Positions 1 through 13,492 of a stretch of DNA of 64,000 nt are shown one piece after another. The stretch covers positions 29,760,001 through 29,824,000 of the forward strand of contig JBHGNT010000001.1 in the NCBI GenBank assembly GCA_043228905.1, written 5' to 3'. This DNA comes from Azolla caroliniana (Eukaryota > Plantae > Polypodiophyta). The position numbers and the translations under genes are program-made. Numbering within the stretch: the first letter of the stretch is position 1; each line of letters opens with the position of its first letter. The notes below the pieces were generated by a model that had not been told where the DNA came from, did no database searches, and saw only the letters and a list, made by a program, of their open reading frames with translations.

Positions 1-137
1 TCAGTAAAAGTGACCCAATCTCCAGCACTGATCTCCACACCTTCCCCATACACCTTTACCTTGCAAGCCTTTGAGGAAATAGCATGTGTCTGTGCCTGAG
101 AATGTCCATGAGAACTTGCACGGAAAAGATTCCCACC
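1..137 (-). pseudogene. Exon of an RmlC-like cupin (Cupin_3/DUF861 type) gene with a 4-nt frameshifting insertion; runs off the window edge
   Basis: After the acceptor tgcag the minus strand reads WESFPCKFSWTFSGTDTCYFLKG, then 4 extra nt (TTGC), then KVKVYGEGVEISAGDWVTF. This resembles the plant Cupin_3 pattern W-x-x-x-P-x-KF-x-WT...TCY-x-L-x-GKVKVY...GVEI-x-AGD-x-V-x-F. Confidence 0.65.
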
Positions 138-1452
138 TGCATATCATATTTGAATGGCATATCAACAATGGATGGAAAGTAAAATGCCCAGGGAACTCCT
201 CAAATTTCTTTAAGAAAAGCTTCCCTAATGTAGGTCTGATTTGGAATGCAGGGCAAGTCAATGGCAACAATTACTGGAAAATAAAATGCCCATGGAAATT
301 TATGAAAACACCAGTCAAACATTTTCAAGGAAATACCCTCAAGCATACCTGTCGCGCAATGCATAACATTTACATAAATACCCCTCAAATCTTTCCAAGG
401 AAATACTCCCATTCTGCACCACAGAGAACGCAGGAGATCACAAATAAAACATTTGAAGAATTTTGTGAAAACTGAGGCAATGTTGCGAGGAGGATTCTCA
501 TGTGAAGAATTAGGGCTTCTTAAATTGACAAATGTTTCACTTAAAGAAAATTCTAACTTGTACACAATCATATATATCATTCTGGTTCAAGATCAATGAA
601 TGTACAGCACATCAACGACCTGAATGAAAATGTAAAAATTGTAGGCTTTACTTTACACAATTATCCCTTTCTTTTCCTTCTTCTTCAACATCTATAATAG
701 TTGATATAGGACTTCATGGAAATTAGATTAACCTAAATGATCGTACTTCCTTGGATAAACTCAGAGCAATCTCTTTCATACGCAAGTCTTTATCAGTGGA
801 ACATACATAGCACGCTCTGGATTTTTTGCATTATAATTACAATGGGGAAACAGGAAATGGAAGGGAAAGAAAGGGTTCACCACATATATGGACCTTCCTT
901 CTTCTTTTTTATAAGTTTCCAAACAATCAATCACGGAATGCCACACTTGTTCAAATCTGCATACACCTCCTCCTATAAAGGAATAACTTTGTGGTCACAT
1001 CAACTATTTTTTCATATGATGCTGACGGCTAATCAATAAAAAATGATTAGATTGAGGACGAACGCCAACGCAATTAATTAACTTCGTGTCGTCGTAAGCA
1101 ACCAATTTCCATTGTCTTTCACAATAACCTATCCATAATCGGTCGAGAACTATAGAAACGAAAGTATGGACAATGTTCCAACCTATATTATTACTTAACA
1201 CGGGAATGATGCGTGGCTTACACTGGCATCACCATTTTTCCGGCGAACTTGCCATCGTTGTTAAGTGTGAATGATGCTCATGCCATGTCACTATCGCTTC
1301 AAATTCCGTGGCGCGCACCCACCGATCTGTGTAGGACTCGATTGAGTGACTAGTCCGTCACATCCGATGATGATCGGGGGGTTCTTCTACCACGAGTCTC
1401 TAGCAGCCAACTGATACGAGCAGTAGTAGTAATGATGATTAGACCTTTTATG

Positions 1453-1496
<44 letters not shown>

Positions 1497-1772
1497 CATG
1501 AGCAGCAATTATAACTTGATTGCTTCCCACATATCGTATTAGTGTCTTAAAATTCATTGTATTCCTTTAGAACAAATATGTATCTGTAATGTTATTATTA
1601 AAAATATCCTAAAATGTCAATTATATACCTTAATTTTTGTACAATTTGATCAAGGATTGTTCCAACCTTATGAAAAACACTAAGGTTTCTAGTCAATATA
1701 AAGAGAGATACAAGGAATTTTGTATGATATGTATATATGCTTTAAACTAGCCCAGCTCGATGATAACAAACC

Positions 1773-3800
1773 TCAATCCATTTCTATGGATTGAGCACCT
1801 CGTGAAAATCCATGTTGACGAAAATTGTGGATAAAAAAGGTACCATCACGGAGGCTGGTTAGGAATATTACCCATGTCATAAAATAGAGAATGAGTAGTA
1901 ATATTAAGATCACCAAGCATACTTTAGCAACTTGAATCCAATCTTTCTTCACATATTCCAAAAGCCCGGCCTTGCAAGAATGACAATCAAAGCACAATCT
2001 CGATGGATAATTATTCCATCTAGCATGTCAGTCAGACATAATTGAAACTCGTGTTATGTTGATCCATTTTATTGGGGTGACAAATGAATACCCACATGCA
2101 ATTGGCGGCTTGCAACATCCAGACTTCAAATGGGAAACAAAAGTGTTAAGAAGTAACCACCCTCATACATAAAATGAACAAAGCATCTTTACATACTTTA
2201 TAGAGAGTATGGTACTAGTAACTAATTACCTTGACATGCTTAATTTGGATAGCTTCATTTTTATCTATTTGTGAAGAGCACAACTCACACTTTGATCATG
2301 AATCATGATATATGTACAATGGAATACAACCTTGTTTCCTAGGTTTTGGAAATGCCATATCTTATGTTTTTACATTGCATTAAGTTTATAGCGCGCAACC
2401 TAATCATAATGTTAATGTACATGGAATCTACATGTTTTGTGCTTTGTGATTATTCCTATTTGAGTGCTTGGTAGATTGCAACATGTTTCTTTATTCACTT
2501 CTCAACTCCTTTTTTACCGTTTAAATATGTATATCAGACACTATTCAAGTGAGAATAATATGATACGTTGATAACAACTGAAAAAGCTTTTTGAGAACAT
2601 TATATTTTGGTAGTAGATGGTGCATTTAACTACACTTAGTTAAGGGAATGATTAATCCCAATTGTTCAAGCTATTCAATAACATCATGGTTTGAAGATAT
2701 GGTTTTTAAAGGTAATAAGAGGACAATATGAAGGACATATATTGATTCACACATTTATTGTGTGTGTGGGTGTGCATGCACATATGTGTTGTGTTTTTGC
2801 ATACATGCAATTGTTGAATGTGTAGCTAAGTAATATGTGAAGAAACTTGACGTACACATTAGATAGACATGAAGACATGTCTTAGACCTACACCATATAT
2901 CTCACCGGGTTCATTTATAATACCTCGATGGGGGAGAGCTCCGCGGTCTCAAACTCAAGAAGTGTTGGATAGTTTTGGTCTAGAGCCACACAAATTCTAC
3001 TATCTTGGATGCACAACTTCATTTTCACCCAATTGAAGGGATCCGACACCTGGATTATTTATTCACGTTATGCCTTACGTACCAAAGGCCCTAGAAAACT
3101 ATATTTAGGGTGATTAAACTTTGAAATGTCATTGACTTCTATCTTTTCTATCCAAATGCTCTTTAGGTTTTGTTATTTCCCAAAATGCCATATAAACAAA
3201 AACAAGATGAATTCACTTGAAAAATGCCCAAATAGCATGTGTAGTTAAGAAAAAGGACCATGCATTTTTGTGAGAGCATGTTAACTTAGGGCATTAAAGA
3301 ATATCACAAAAGATATGGGCATTCAGAGATTAAAGAAAAACATAAAGGGTATTTCAGAGTTTTCTTTGATGATCAATAACCAAATAAAAATAAATTGGTC
3401 ATCTTATCCTAAAACCATTGGGAATAATCACTGACGTGATACTCTTTGAACATGTAACTTTGGCCTTTATGCCCTCCCCCACTAATAGACACAAAAAAAC
3501 CAAATAGAGTAAAACAAAATAATAGCAAGAGGAGAAAAAGAAGCATGATAAGGTATGCCCATATTAGAACGAGCTTACATTTTGTAACACCCACTGCACC
3601 AACTATTGAGGTTAAAAACAAGGTAATCCCAATGAATATGGTTGGTCCTTCCAAAAATATCAGACAATCAATATGATGTCTAAAAGCTAACCATAAACCA
3701 GCAACAATAAGCGGCACATAGAGTAATAAATTTAAGACAATTGTTATTGTTAGGATTTGAATAGATTGTGTAACTCTAGTTAAACGAGAACCCTCATTAT
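1773..3800 (-). pseudogene. Plant tetraspanin (TET) pseudogene, 3 exons (~3800-3403, ~3050-2925, ~2124-1773)
   Basis: Exon 1 has three hydrophobic segments and EYHVSDYSQWF. Exon 2 reads VSDPFNWVKMKLCIQDSRIC...LSPIE. Exon 3 starts SGCCKPP (plant tetraspanin signature) and has CFDCHSCKAG plus TM4. In-frame stops occur at 3409-3411 (TAG) and 2028-2030 (TGA), and the exon-1 donor reads AT rather than GT. Confidence 0.85.
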
Positions 3801-6401
3801 GAACTGGTTGATTCATTTTCCAATCAAACAAATGCATGCACATGTGCATTCATTTGATTGCACATGCACATTCATTTCCAATCAAATGAATGCATGCACA
3901 TCGCTAGTGTGACTAACACTTGACCAACAGTCACAATGAAACACTTGACCAACATTAGAAAATGGTTCCAAAGTTTACATTCGTGTAGTTTGCTTCAAGC
4001 TGAGAATTTTTAAACGAGTGAGAGCTTTTGAGCATGATTACATGGTAAAAGTTATCCTTGTATCTCTTTCATATTGGTAAAGCAATCCAATTCTACCATG
4101 CTTAGTAACAAGGTAATTTCAATATTCTTTGTGTATCGTTGTGGAGATGAGGTATGCATAAGTGTATCTATAACACCATTACCTAATATTGCAAGGTTTC
4201 CCAAAGGGATCGAGCCTTTTTTATTTGTTAACCTCTTTTTCATAAACTTGATACTAGGTCAGTGTACATATTCAACTTTAAATTTTGTCATTACACAATC
4301 TGAATGAAGTATACTAAATTATTTGCCAACATATGGGAGTGTTGTGAGTATTATTATTTGGTGTGTTCTACTATATTCATCACTCTTGTTTTGAAAATTA
4401 TATAGTTTTACATTATAATATGAGGTATTATCAACCAATTTGTATGTCCATGAGTCTCGGATTGCATGTGCCCGCAACAAAGATATCTCAAAGGAGCGAT
4501 AGCATTGGACAATCTTAGCTTGCCCTATAGTTTGGGACACTATTGCATGTGGAAACATTAAAAGTGATGGGAAAGTGTTAAGCATCAAAGTAATTGTGAA
4601 GAAGCCTACAATTTCATTTACTTCATAGTTTGACATTCTCTCTAGAGAAGAAATTGATGAATTGTGTTTTCAATAATATTACCAATGTGAAATGTGAAAT
4701 TCCAATAATCAAATAATTGCTGAAGGATTTTTTATGCTTTAAGTCTTAGGTCTTTTCACATATTAACAAGGTTGCCTTTATTGTGAAGTTCTTGATTTAT
4801 AGGAATAAAAGTTCCAACAATCAAGAGAATAGAAGCTAGACACTTTGATAAAAGTGAGTACATACAACCAAAGGACTCTTGGAGACACTATGAAAAAGAG
4901 GAAAGCTACAATCACACAATAATTACATGACATTAATGATTAGACCTTTTGTAGGAACTAGCATAGGACTCTAGGAGAGATACCCACAAAATAAGGAATA
5001 AGTTCGTGGAAATGTACATTACCAAGGCCTAATTTGAATTACAAGTTTGAAAGACCAGATAACAAATTCAATCTTAACATTTCACTCATTTTCCATTGTT
5101 GGATATGTTTTAACCTACATGGAAATAAAACCTTTCATTATTCACTACATTAATACAAATTTATCTCTTAGATATCTAAAACATGGGACATTTCCTATTT
5201 GTTGATCATTTTGGTGTTTAACCTTTGTAAAGTGTGAAATCAATTACCATAGATGCAACATAACAATATCCATAAATATGGTAATGTCATATTTATGGCA
5301 TACCATCTATAGTTGTATTCATATGAGACTAAATGCAAAACCAAACTCTAAAAATATATTTCAAATAGAGAACCAAAATGACATTAAGTAATAAAATACT
5401 TTAGAGAGTCCATGAGTGAGGTAACTGCAAAATGACTTAATTGAACCATTGAATTCAACATTGAATGAGAATATAATTAAACTTTCAAATCTGCTGACAA
5501 AATAAGAACACAAATGAGCTCCACCACTAACTAGTACCTCGATATCAAGGACATAATAGACCTTCAAGAACAAATACACCAATTGCATTTATTGTAGAAA
5601 CACAACATATGCAAGTGCATACATTATCAAAATTGCAAAATGACAAAATTGGCTGAATTGTATCAAATTGGGCACTCACATGGAAGAATCCCAAGATCAA
5701 ACAAATGGAAACCAAGAAAATGCACAGTTGCTGATGACCCCTACTGAAACATTACGCTTAATCCACATCTAATCCATATCATCCTTTCGTACACAATACA
5801 AACAAGTAATAGCTGCATATTATGAATTAAACATATATAGACAATCTCCAATTACAGCTATTAATATGCATTTCTCACAATTAAAATAACTTTTCCAACA
5901 ACAAAGATTTTGTTAAGACATACTGAATAGTATCACTGTTACATGCATAGACGTACAGATGATTCCTTAACAGACCATTACTCACATAGTTTCTTTAAAA
6001 AGATAAACCATGAGCAAGACAGAGAGACATTGCGAACATGTGAAATTCTAAGACACGTGTAACATACATTGTTTTAACAATTTGTTGAAGAACCCGAAGT
6101 TGTGTTCCAGGATAGAGACAGGGAATTCCTGTACACAATCTCCATTTCCATGAAGGGTAGGCCAAAAAGAAATCCTAAAAATACAATCTCCCTAACCCTT
6201 CAAATTTTACCTGGAACTCATGACTTTTTTCTTAAGTCATAAACATATCAAATAAGCCGTTAGAGCGTCAGTGGCCACATGAGCATGACCCATTTGATAT
6301 ACATTATGGTGGGACAAGTGAAAGATCAGAACATGTGAAGGGGATTTTCTATTGCGTTCATCATGACAAAATCCCCACTGAATTTCACAATGTTCAATCA
6401 A

Positions 6402-8645
6402 CTAATTAGCTTGGCTTCGGAATGCCTGTTGCAGCTGGAGGACCTGCTGTCTCTGTTCTGGAGGCAAAGAATTAATCTGTTCGTGCGTCAAATTCATAAC
6501 TTGTTGCAGCAATACCTTCTGTTGCTCTGCCTCAATAGATGCCTACATGAGAAAGGGATCATTAAAGCATCTTTTGTAGCCACAAGGGTGAAAGTGAGCT
6601 TCACATGCTTGTCTTTAGAAAGAGAGTCCTAACTTCTAGGAAAACATGCATAGGTTTCCAAATTTTAATAGAATATCCCTATCAGTACAAAATATACCAT
6701 TAAACAGGGGTACTCTAGTGGCTTTTTAAAGCTTAAGGGTATTGGAGGAAATATAGATATTTTGGTGTTTTCCCTATAATAAATAGATATAAACCTGTGG
6801 TGGTTGCAGTTGTTGAGGTTGAGATTGTGCCACCTGCTGCCCATATCCTTGAGCATGATTTAAGGGAGGTGGTGCATTGGCAGGAGCAGCTGCATAAGGA
6901 TGATGTCCAGGTGCCACATGGCCAATAGGTGCAGCTGCACTAGTCTGTGGTAAAGCCAAAGACCCACTCGATGCCATTTGTTGATTCCATATTCCTAAAG
7001 GAGCAGACCCACTAGGAGAACCTAGGCCTGGGTGTGAATGACCACCACCCAATGGTAAAATGACACTTTGTGTGTTCGCATTCATATCAAGTCGAGACAT
7101 CTGAAAAATAATGAAATTCTCATATGTATGCTTAAAATTTTAAAAAAGGGGCAAAGACTTTCTCAAACCTGAAACATATGCTGCGGCAATGGCTGATTAG
7201 GCAAAGGTGGATGGATCTGCTGGAATGGCATACCAATGTTTGTCTGAGAGCCACCTTGTTGCTGCATCAATAATAGTTGAAACATATAAAGGTGAGAGAA
7301 ACTAAGAAAACAGATACATATTTAATATAATTTTAGTCCACTGGACGCCTTGAAGCCAAATGGCTCACAAAACTGACATAACAAACAAAAGCAATACACT
7401 TGCGAACAAAAATAGGTTTTAAATCAATGTAATACTGGTTAGGAAGAATAGATATGCCATGCCTGATAAGGAAGTTGCGGATGATAAGGAGGACCTTGCG
7501 TAGGGTGAAAACCCATACCCTGTGAATGCTGATGTTGAGGCTGTGATGAAGGTCCCAAAGGCCGTGGCTGTTGTGGTAAAGGTGGTGTTGGTGGTTGCAT
7601 AGGTTGAGGTGGATGTGACTGTGGATGTTGTATCGGTGTAGATGAAGACATTGATAATGAATGTGATTGTATCATAGTGGACCGAGGACTAAGTTGCTGA
7701 TGAATTTGAATGTTTTGCTGATAAGGAAAGGAGGATTGACTAGGTTGTAATGCAGCACTTGGAGCTTGGGACAACATAGGCTGTTGTTGAAACGGGAAGG
7801 ATGATTGTACAGCTGGTGGTTGTGTTGTAGTGGTTGCTTGTCCTTGAGGCAATTGAACTTGCAGTTGTGGTAGCACTTGTGGTTGAGTTTGCAGAGGAGA
7901 TATTTGTGGAATGGGAGGAGACTGAGTTATTACAGTTCTTACTTGAGTTTGACTAGACGGCACCTGCCCCAGTGGAGCCTGTGCTGGTTGCGAAGTTTGA
8001 GCTTGCAGACTTGCAAGAGGTGACTTCATATAACAAGAAAACTAATTAGAATAGACAGTTGTCCTATGCTGCATGAAAGCTAGTTATGCATAAACGTAAG
8101 AATTGTTCGAAAGTACAACCAGCAGATGTATGAATGTGTCAATGTAACAGAAAACTAGTTTAGTTTCTCACCGTCTCTGGGGCTCTCACCATACCTAACA
8201 TTATCTGAGCCTGTAAAACAAAGAGAAAGCATTAATCAATGCCAAGAATCACAAAGATATTATGATTTACAAAGAGAAGTAAATGATTGATTAACTAGGT
8301 ATCTAGATGTTAAGCTTGATTTAATCTTAGTACTCTATTTACCTACCTGGAAAAGAGTTTTAGTTAACTGGGGGTTTGCAATTAGGATTTGGCGAGCTTG
8401 CTGTTGATTCTGATGAATCAAATCCTGCAGATACAGAAAATAAGAGATAGGCGTAGCCAGCTATAATATTTCAAGAACAAAAGCCAAAAATCACTTGCAC
8501 TTGCCTTCATCTGAGAAAGAAGCTGATATAATTGGTGCTTTGACATGTTAGCTAGGTTACTAGTTATTGTATCAGCAGTTACACTTGATGCCTCCATTCC
8601 TCCACTACCCGGTAGGCTCACAGTTCCTAAATTGGTGTCATTCAT
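6402..8645 (-). CDS. ESP1: CstF64-like protein lacking an RRM (ESP1-type): hinge domain, Pro/Gln-rich linker and CstF C-terminal domain; about 7 coding exons
   Basis: Spliced reading: NLANMSKHQLYQLLSQMK|DLIHQNQQQARQILIANPQLTKTLFQ|AQIMLGMV (hinge; exons 8645-8505, 8424-8347, 8210-8172). P/Q-rich exons follow (~8040-7460, ~7260-7170, 7100-6795). The last exon reads EQQKVLLQQVMNLTHEQINSLPPEQRQQVLQLQQAFRSQAN* with the stop at 6402-6404. I saw no RRM upstream; the start codon is uncertain. Confidence 0.8.
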
Positions 8646-9715
8646 TATAGAAACTAGGAGTAGCGGTCTACAATTGCCTTCTGACCTGCAAGCTCAAAAA
8701 ACAGTATGAAAAACCTGCTCTCATAAAACAACGATCTCAGAAAATTCTAATGCAGCACCATTAGTAGTATTTTATTGGATGAATCCTAACAAAACAATCC
8801 CTTCTATTATATGCAGGAAAACCCAAGCATATCAAAGAAAGTTAGCATGTTCCGGATTGAGGAAATTAGAGAAATGTCATTATTCTAGTATTGTGGATAA
8901 TTAAGCTGCTTTACCCTCTTTCCACCATCAAAGATTTTAAGCAAATAGAAATAATTGAAACAGAGTAAGTGTGCACCAGTTGTGTTCTCTCAGTAGGCAG
9001 ATTATAAGCTGTCATCATGCATACATATTTGGGGTAAGTTATGCATAAGTTTGCAAATGGCCCTGTGATATCATCTTATCACAGCTAGAAACTCAAACTT
9101 GATAGTGCAATTCTACCACTATAATGATAATGGAAATTTCATTAACTTGTCGTTCCCACACCATACAAAATCTGATTTCAGTTTCTCAGCCAATAAAAAC
9201 AGCAATGTAGTTCAATAACTTGAGGTTCGCATCTTACTGAAACAACTAGCAAGAGAAATATCCCATTTCCTATGACTGCATACCTAAATTGACCTGAAAA
9301 TCAAATTGGGTTACAGATTTTTTAGAATATAATGAGTGTTACATAACATAGACAGAGGTTTGCAAAAGTCGCAGATAACCTCTTTAAAAATGGAAAAGAA
9401 TTTTTTTCCATCATTGTGGTTGGATTACTGTGGAAAGATTATTGCTTTATAATTAATCAATAAGCACTATAAAGATTTTAAAAAACTTGCAGTAGGAAAT
9501 TCTGCAGAGATCTAAACAAGATAATAACATGATGTGGTGAAAAAACATAGACCTTGACAGAAAACGTCACTGAAAGATGTGGTCATACGTCCATATGACT
9601 AGACTTTCCATTTTGAATGCAACTTGTGAATGAAAGAGAATGTATTGATCTCTTGGGAAGATAAAATTATATACAAAACATGGCACACTTAAATGTATCT
9701 TTCTAAGTTCATATG

Positions 9716-9833
9716 CCTAAGTTCTTCATAGCTTGAAAGCAAATATCATATTTCACCACTCCCTTCAAGTACATACACCTAAGTTCTTCATAGCTTGATA
9801 GCAAATATCATATTTCACCACTCCCTTCAAGTA
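9716..9833. repeat. Two-copy ~62-bp tandem repeat in the ESP1-like 5' intron
   Basis: cctaagttcttcatagcttga(a/t)agcaaatatcatatttcaccactcccttcaagta occurs at ~9716 and ~9778. Confidence 0.85.
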
Positions 9834-12594
9834 TCATAAACATTTAAACTTTATGGATAGTGAAGTTTCCCAGATAAATAATATAAGCTCCATACTAAAG
9901 ATTGCCTCAAGTTAACAGAAAAGAAAATTTAATTGCAATGAAACAATACCTTAATACACAACATTCTGAACAGAAAGCAGAAAAAGTATTTGTACATATG
10001 TAGGAGGTAACTAAAGGAGTTGAATAAAAAAGTGTATTTCATATGAAGTAGCGCACATTGTTGAAAACCTAAGTATTCTCTTCTCCCAGGTTTATTTTGA
10101 TGACCCACCAGGAAAAGGAAGCTAACCAGCTTCAAAAAGGTATTTTCTGGACCTGTCCTCTGGGATGCAACAGAATTAATCTGCACTTCCAACTGTTGAC
10201 AAGAAAAAAGAGACCACGTTAGTTTTGAACAGGCTCAATATTTTGCCCAAAAAGAAGAGAAGAAAAGGCAGTGTAATCAGCCATATGTTGGTTAAAAAAT
10301 AACATGGAACAAGGACTGACTCCTAAGAAAACCAACAAAAGAGGTTGAACTTTACCACGTGTATCACATTAAAATAGAAAACGCGGTCTAACATATTAGA
10401 TTATCTACCCAAAACATTAATTTAGGCTTTTGAATAAATTTCAATGATCACACGAAGACTCCTTTTGTTACAATGTTTCAAGGAAGAGCCGTGGATTTTA
10501 GAAAGTACTGGGTTAAGTGTGATAAAATGATTCTTTCATTAAGAGATTCGGGTAGCATTACCTTAAATGTGATATGAACATTCTTTAAATCCTCATATGA
10601 TACATAATCTGAACACTCTTTAACCTGAAGGTAAGTGTATCCTAACTATATCTTAAGGTTTACATCATTACAAAAATATAGAAAAAAACGTAAAAAAGAG
10701 CTATAATTGTATCACTTCTAAATAGTTCCAATTCAACAATTAACTAGGAAAGAGAAAAAAACGTGAGGAAATACATCAATATCTAGAGGAATATCAAAGA
10801 TGTTATGTTCATGAATGAGCATGGGACATATTTTTGAGTGTTTGCTAGGTCTAGCTAGACAAATCTTTACAGGATCCAAGTTTCTGTTGTGCATCAACAG
10901 GTCTGTGTATCATGGTCACATCCTTGATCTCATTTTTACATCATATCATAATCTTGGCCCAGGGAATAAAGAGTGATTGCAAACTATACAAAAGAAACGC
11001 CGCAGCAATGGCAAAAGTGGTAGTCAAACAAACTTCAAAACTATTAGAAAAACTTCGCTGCTGAAGAACTGCTGAAGAACGGCCAGTCCCTGCAGGAATT
11101 GACTGTTTTGTCCTACAAATAAAAAAACTTAAATTCTACAAAATAGCCATATGCAACACACAGAACATTGGCAGGACCCAAGCATCAAAGACAGAACAAG
11201 GTGTATCTTTAAAACCTATACAAACCCGTATAGTTTGAAACTCCCCTCCATATAAGCTCACATCCCCATCACATCATTCTCAATTCCAATTTAAAACTGT
11301 GACTTGCATCCATGACAAAATGGAGAAAAGGAAAGTTCGCATAAATTGCGGCCATCCACACAACCCTTCAGCCTCACTTTTTCTCAATCTGGTGTCAAAC
11401 TACATTCCTCCCTCACATTGACGTTAAATAAAACTTTTAAACCTAGCCTCAGCTTCCAGCAACAGATTGATTGTTTAAACAGTGTAAATATGTGCTTTCT
11501 AAAAAGGAATCAAGATTACATCTCCTAGGCACTATTCAACTTCATAACTAATATCTAAAATCTAAGAAATAAATGAAGGTTTTTCATATAAAGATGGAGC
11601 CAGTTTAGTTGAGTCAAGGTTGGGTTACTAATCATGCTTACTCAATAGTGGCAACAAACGAAACACTCCAACACCCACATACATAATGCTGCCGAAATGC
11701 ACACAGAAAGTTTTAGAACACCCAAACTTTGTAAGCAACAACTCTCTAAGAGATAATATATCGTTTACGAATTGCTGGTTTGAACATTATTAAAATTAAG
11801 AAAAGACGAACTCATATACTGTCAAAAAACATCTCACGCTCCTATTCTATTCAACCATTTATATGGTTGTTTTCAAAGGTTTTTACATGATTTCTTTCGC
11901 ATTGTCAATTAACCCTCTCTCACTTTCTAAATAGTTTCTGAATGCTACGCTTGTAAGGAAAATGCGAACGTAATATGTCACTCTTGTGCATAATGTCTTG
12001 TTCATGTGGCGATCGAGGCCAACGTTGAGAGAAAATATCCCAGGAACTGTCGATTAAGCTCCTCACCTATATTCGTAATATAACACAACACCAACCATTT
12101 TCTTCTTTATGACCACATGAAACGAGCTGCAAATTTTATGTGAAGTTAAAATCGAAGCGTATAACTGAATCAAAATACAGAATGTATTTAACTTAAACCT
12201 AAGAATGTTTCCTTCCATTTTTCACTTTGAGGGAGAAAACAAGAATGATTTCCCGTATATCAAACACAATCTGAACAAGAAATCACCTTTATTGACGAAA
12301 GAACATAAGCTTATTTGAAAGAAGATGAAGAAAGATAGGACTTTTAGGCTAAAAAAAGAACACGTGAAAAGAACGAGAGAACGGGATACGCAGAAACGAA
12401 ATGATAATGCAGTTTAAAGAGGCTCCATGAATTTGATGCTTTAAAGGAGACGGGATCGAGGACGAACAGAAACAGGTAAACATACATTGGTTCGAAGCGA
12501 TTCGTGAGCGCGAGCATGAAACAAGAGCAGGAAACAGACCGAGAGAGAGAGAGACAGAGAGGGAGAGGGAGAGAAGGATTCTCTGTGTACTGAC

Positions 12595-12700
12595 CTTGAC
12601 GTTGACGTGTGTGTCGGGAGGGATGAAGAAAGCGATGGTTCTGCAGAAGACCGCAGAGCTGGAAATCGCGAGGGAGGGACCAGATTCGAAGAACCCTAAC
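12595..12700 (-). promoter_or_regulatory. Putative non-coding first exon and core promoter (telo-box-like AACCCTAA) of the ESP1-like gene
   Basis: GC-richer, ATG-free segment ending in the donor CAAG|GTCAGT (12595/12594), followed by a CT-rich intron start. aaccctaac lies at ~12692. It is conserved in the paralogous copy upstream of PAC2. Confidence 0.6.
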
Positions 12701-12820
12701 TGTGTATGTATATGTATGTATCATGTATGTATATATGTATGTATATATGTATGTATGTATGTATATGTATGTATGTGTGTGTGTATGTATGTATATGTGT
12801 GTATGTATGTATAATGTATG
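12701..12820. repeat. (TATG/TGTG)n microsatellite; insertion target of the MULE, continuing at 20366-20404
   Basis: Direct reading of tgtatgtatatgtatg... on both flanks of the element. Confidence 0.9.
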
Positions 12821-13160
12821 CTCGTTGCTATCCTGCACCAAATCATAAAGAGGGCTGGTGAGGGAATCACGGCCACAGACGGTGCAGGTCGCCTAGAGGA
12901 AGGTGCGTGCGATCTGCACCGTCAGATTTCGATAAGGAAGAGCGCGCGAAAAAAAAAGTTGTCAGAGGTCACCCAACTCTGAGTCGATGGTCACCCAACC
13001 CTGTCAGAGGTCACCCAACTCTGAGTCGTTGGTCGCCCAACCGAAATTGGTCACCCAACTATGACTGTTGCAAGTTGCCCAACCGTTTTAGGTCACCCAA
13101 CCCTGACAGTTACAGGTTGCCCAACCGATTGGTCTCCCAACCGTTGCAGGTCGCCCAACC
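12821..13160 (+). repeat. Left TIR plus subterminal GGTC(A/G/T)CCCAAC motif cluster
   Basis: About 160 bp of inverted match to the right end, then roughly nine ggtcacccaac-type motifs at 12967-13160. Confidence 0.9.
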
Positions 13161-13211
13161 AAATGTATCATTCCAACCAAAATCTTCAAATAAGCTTGTT
13201 AATTACCCTTA

Positions 13212-13490
13212 AAACTTACAATAACATATCAAATAGTCACAAAATTCAACCTTAAAATACTTAAAACCGACGATCTTTACCATACTTATGTTAAAACAAA
13301 TAATCATATTAAAACATAAAAGTTGAAAGTTAAAAAACATTTAAAACATAAAACGAAGAATGTAAACTTACAATAACATATCAAATAGTCACAAAATTCA
13401 ACCTTAAATTACTTAAAACCGACGATCTTTACCATACTTCTGTTAAAACAAATAATCCTGGCAAAACATAAAAGTTGAAAGTTACCAAAC
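13212..13490. repeat. Two-copy ~152-bp direct repeat 3' of the transposase stop
   Basis: aaacttacaataacatatcaaatagtcacaaaattcaaccttaaa...cttaaaaccgacgatctttaccatactt occurs at ~13212 and ~13364. Confidence 0.9.
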
Positions 13491-13492
13491 AT

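Noticed and set aside
4250-5600. Possible decayed transposon coding fragments
   Set aside because: No recognisable motif or termini that I can support from the sequence.
12344-13255. ORFs of 64-165 aa around the left MULE end
   Set aside because: They are translations of the microsatellite and subterminal repeats with no domain signal.
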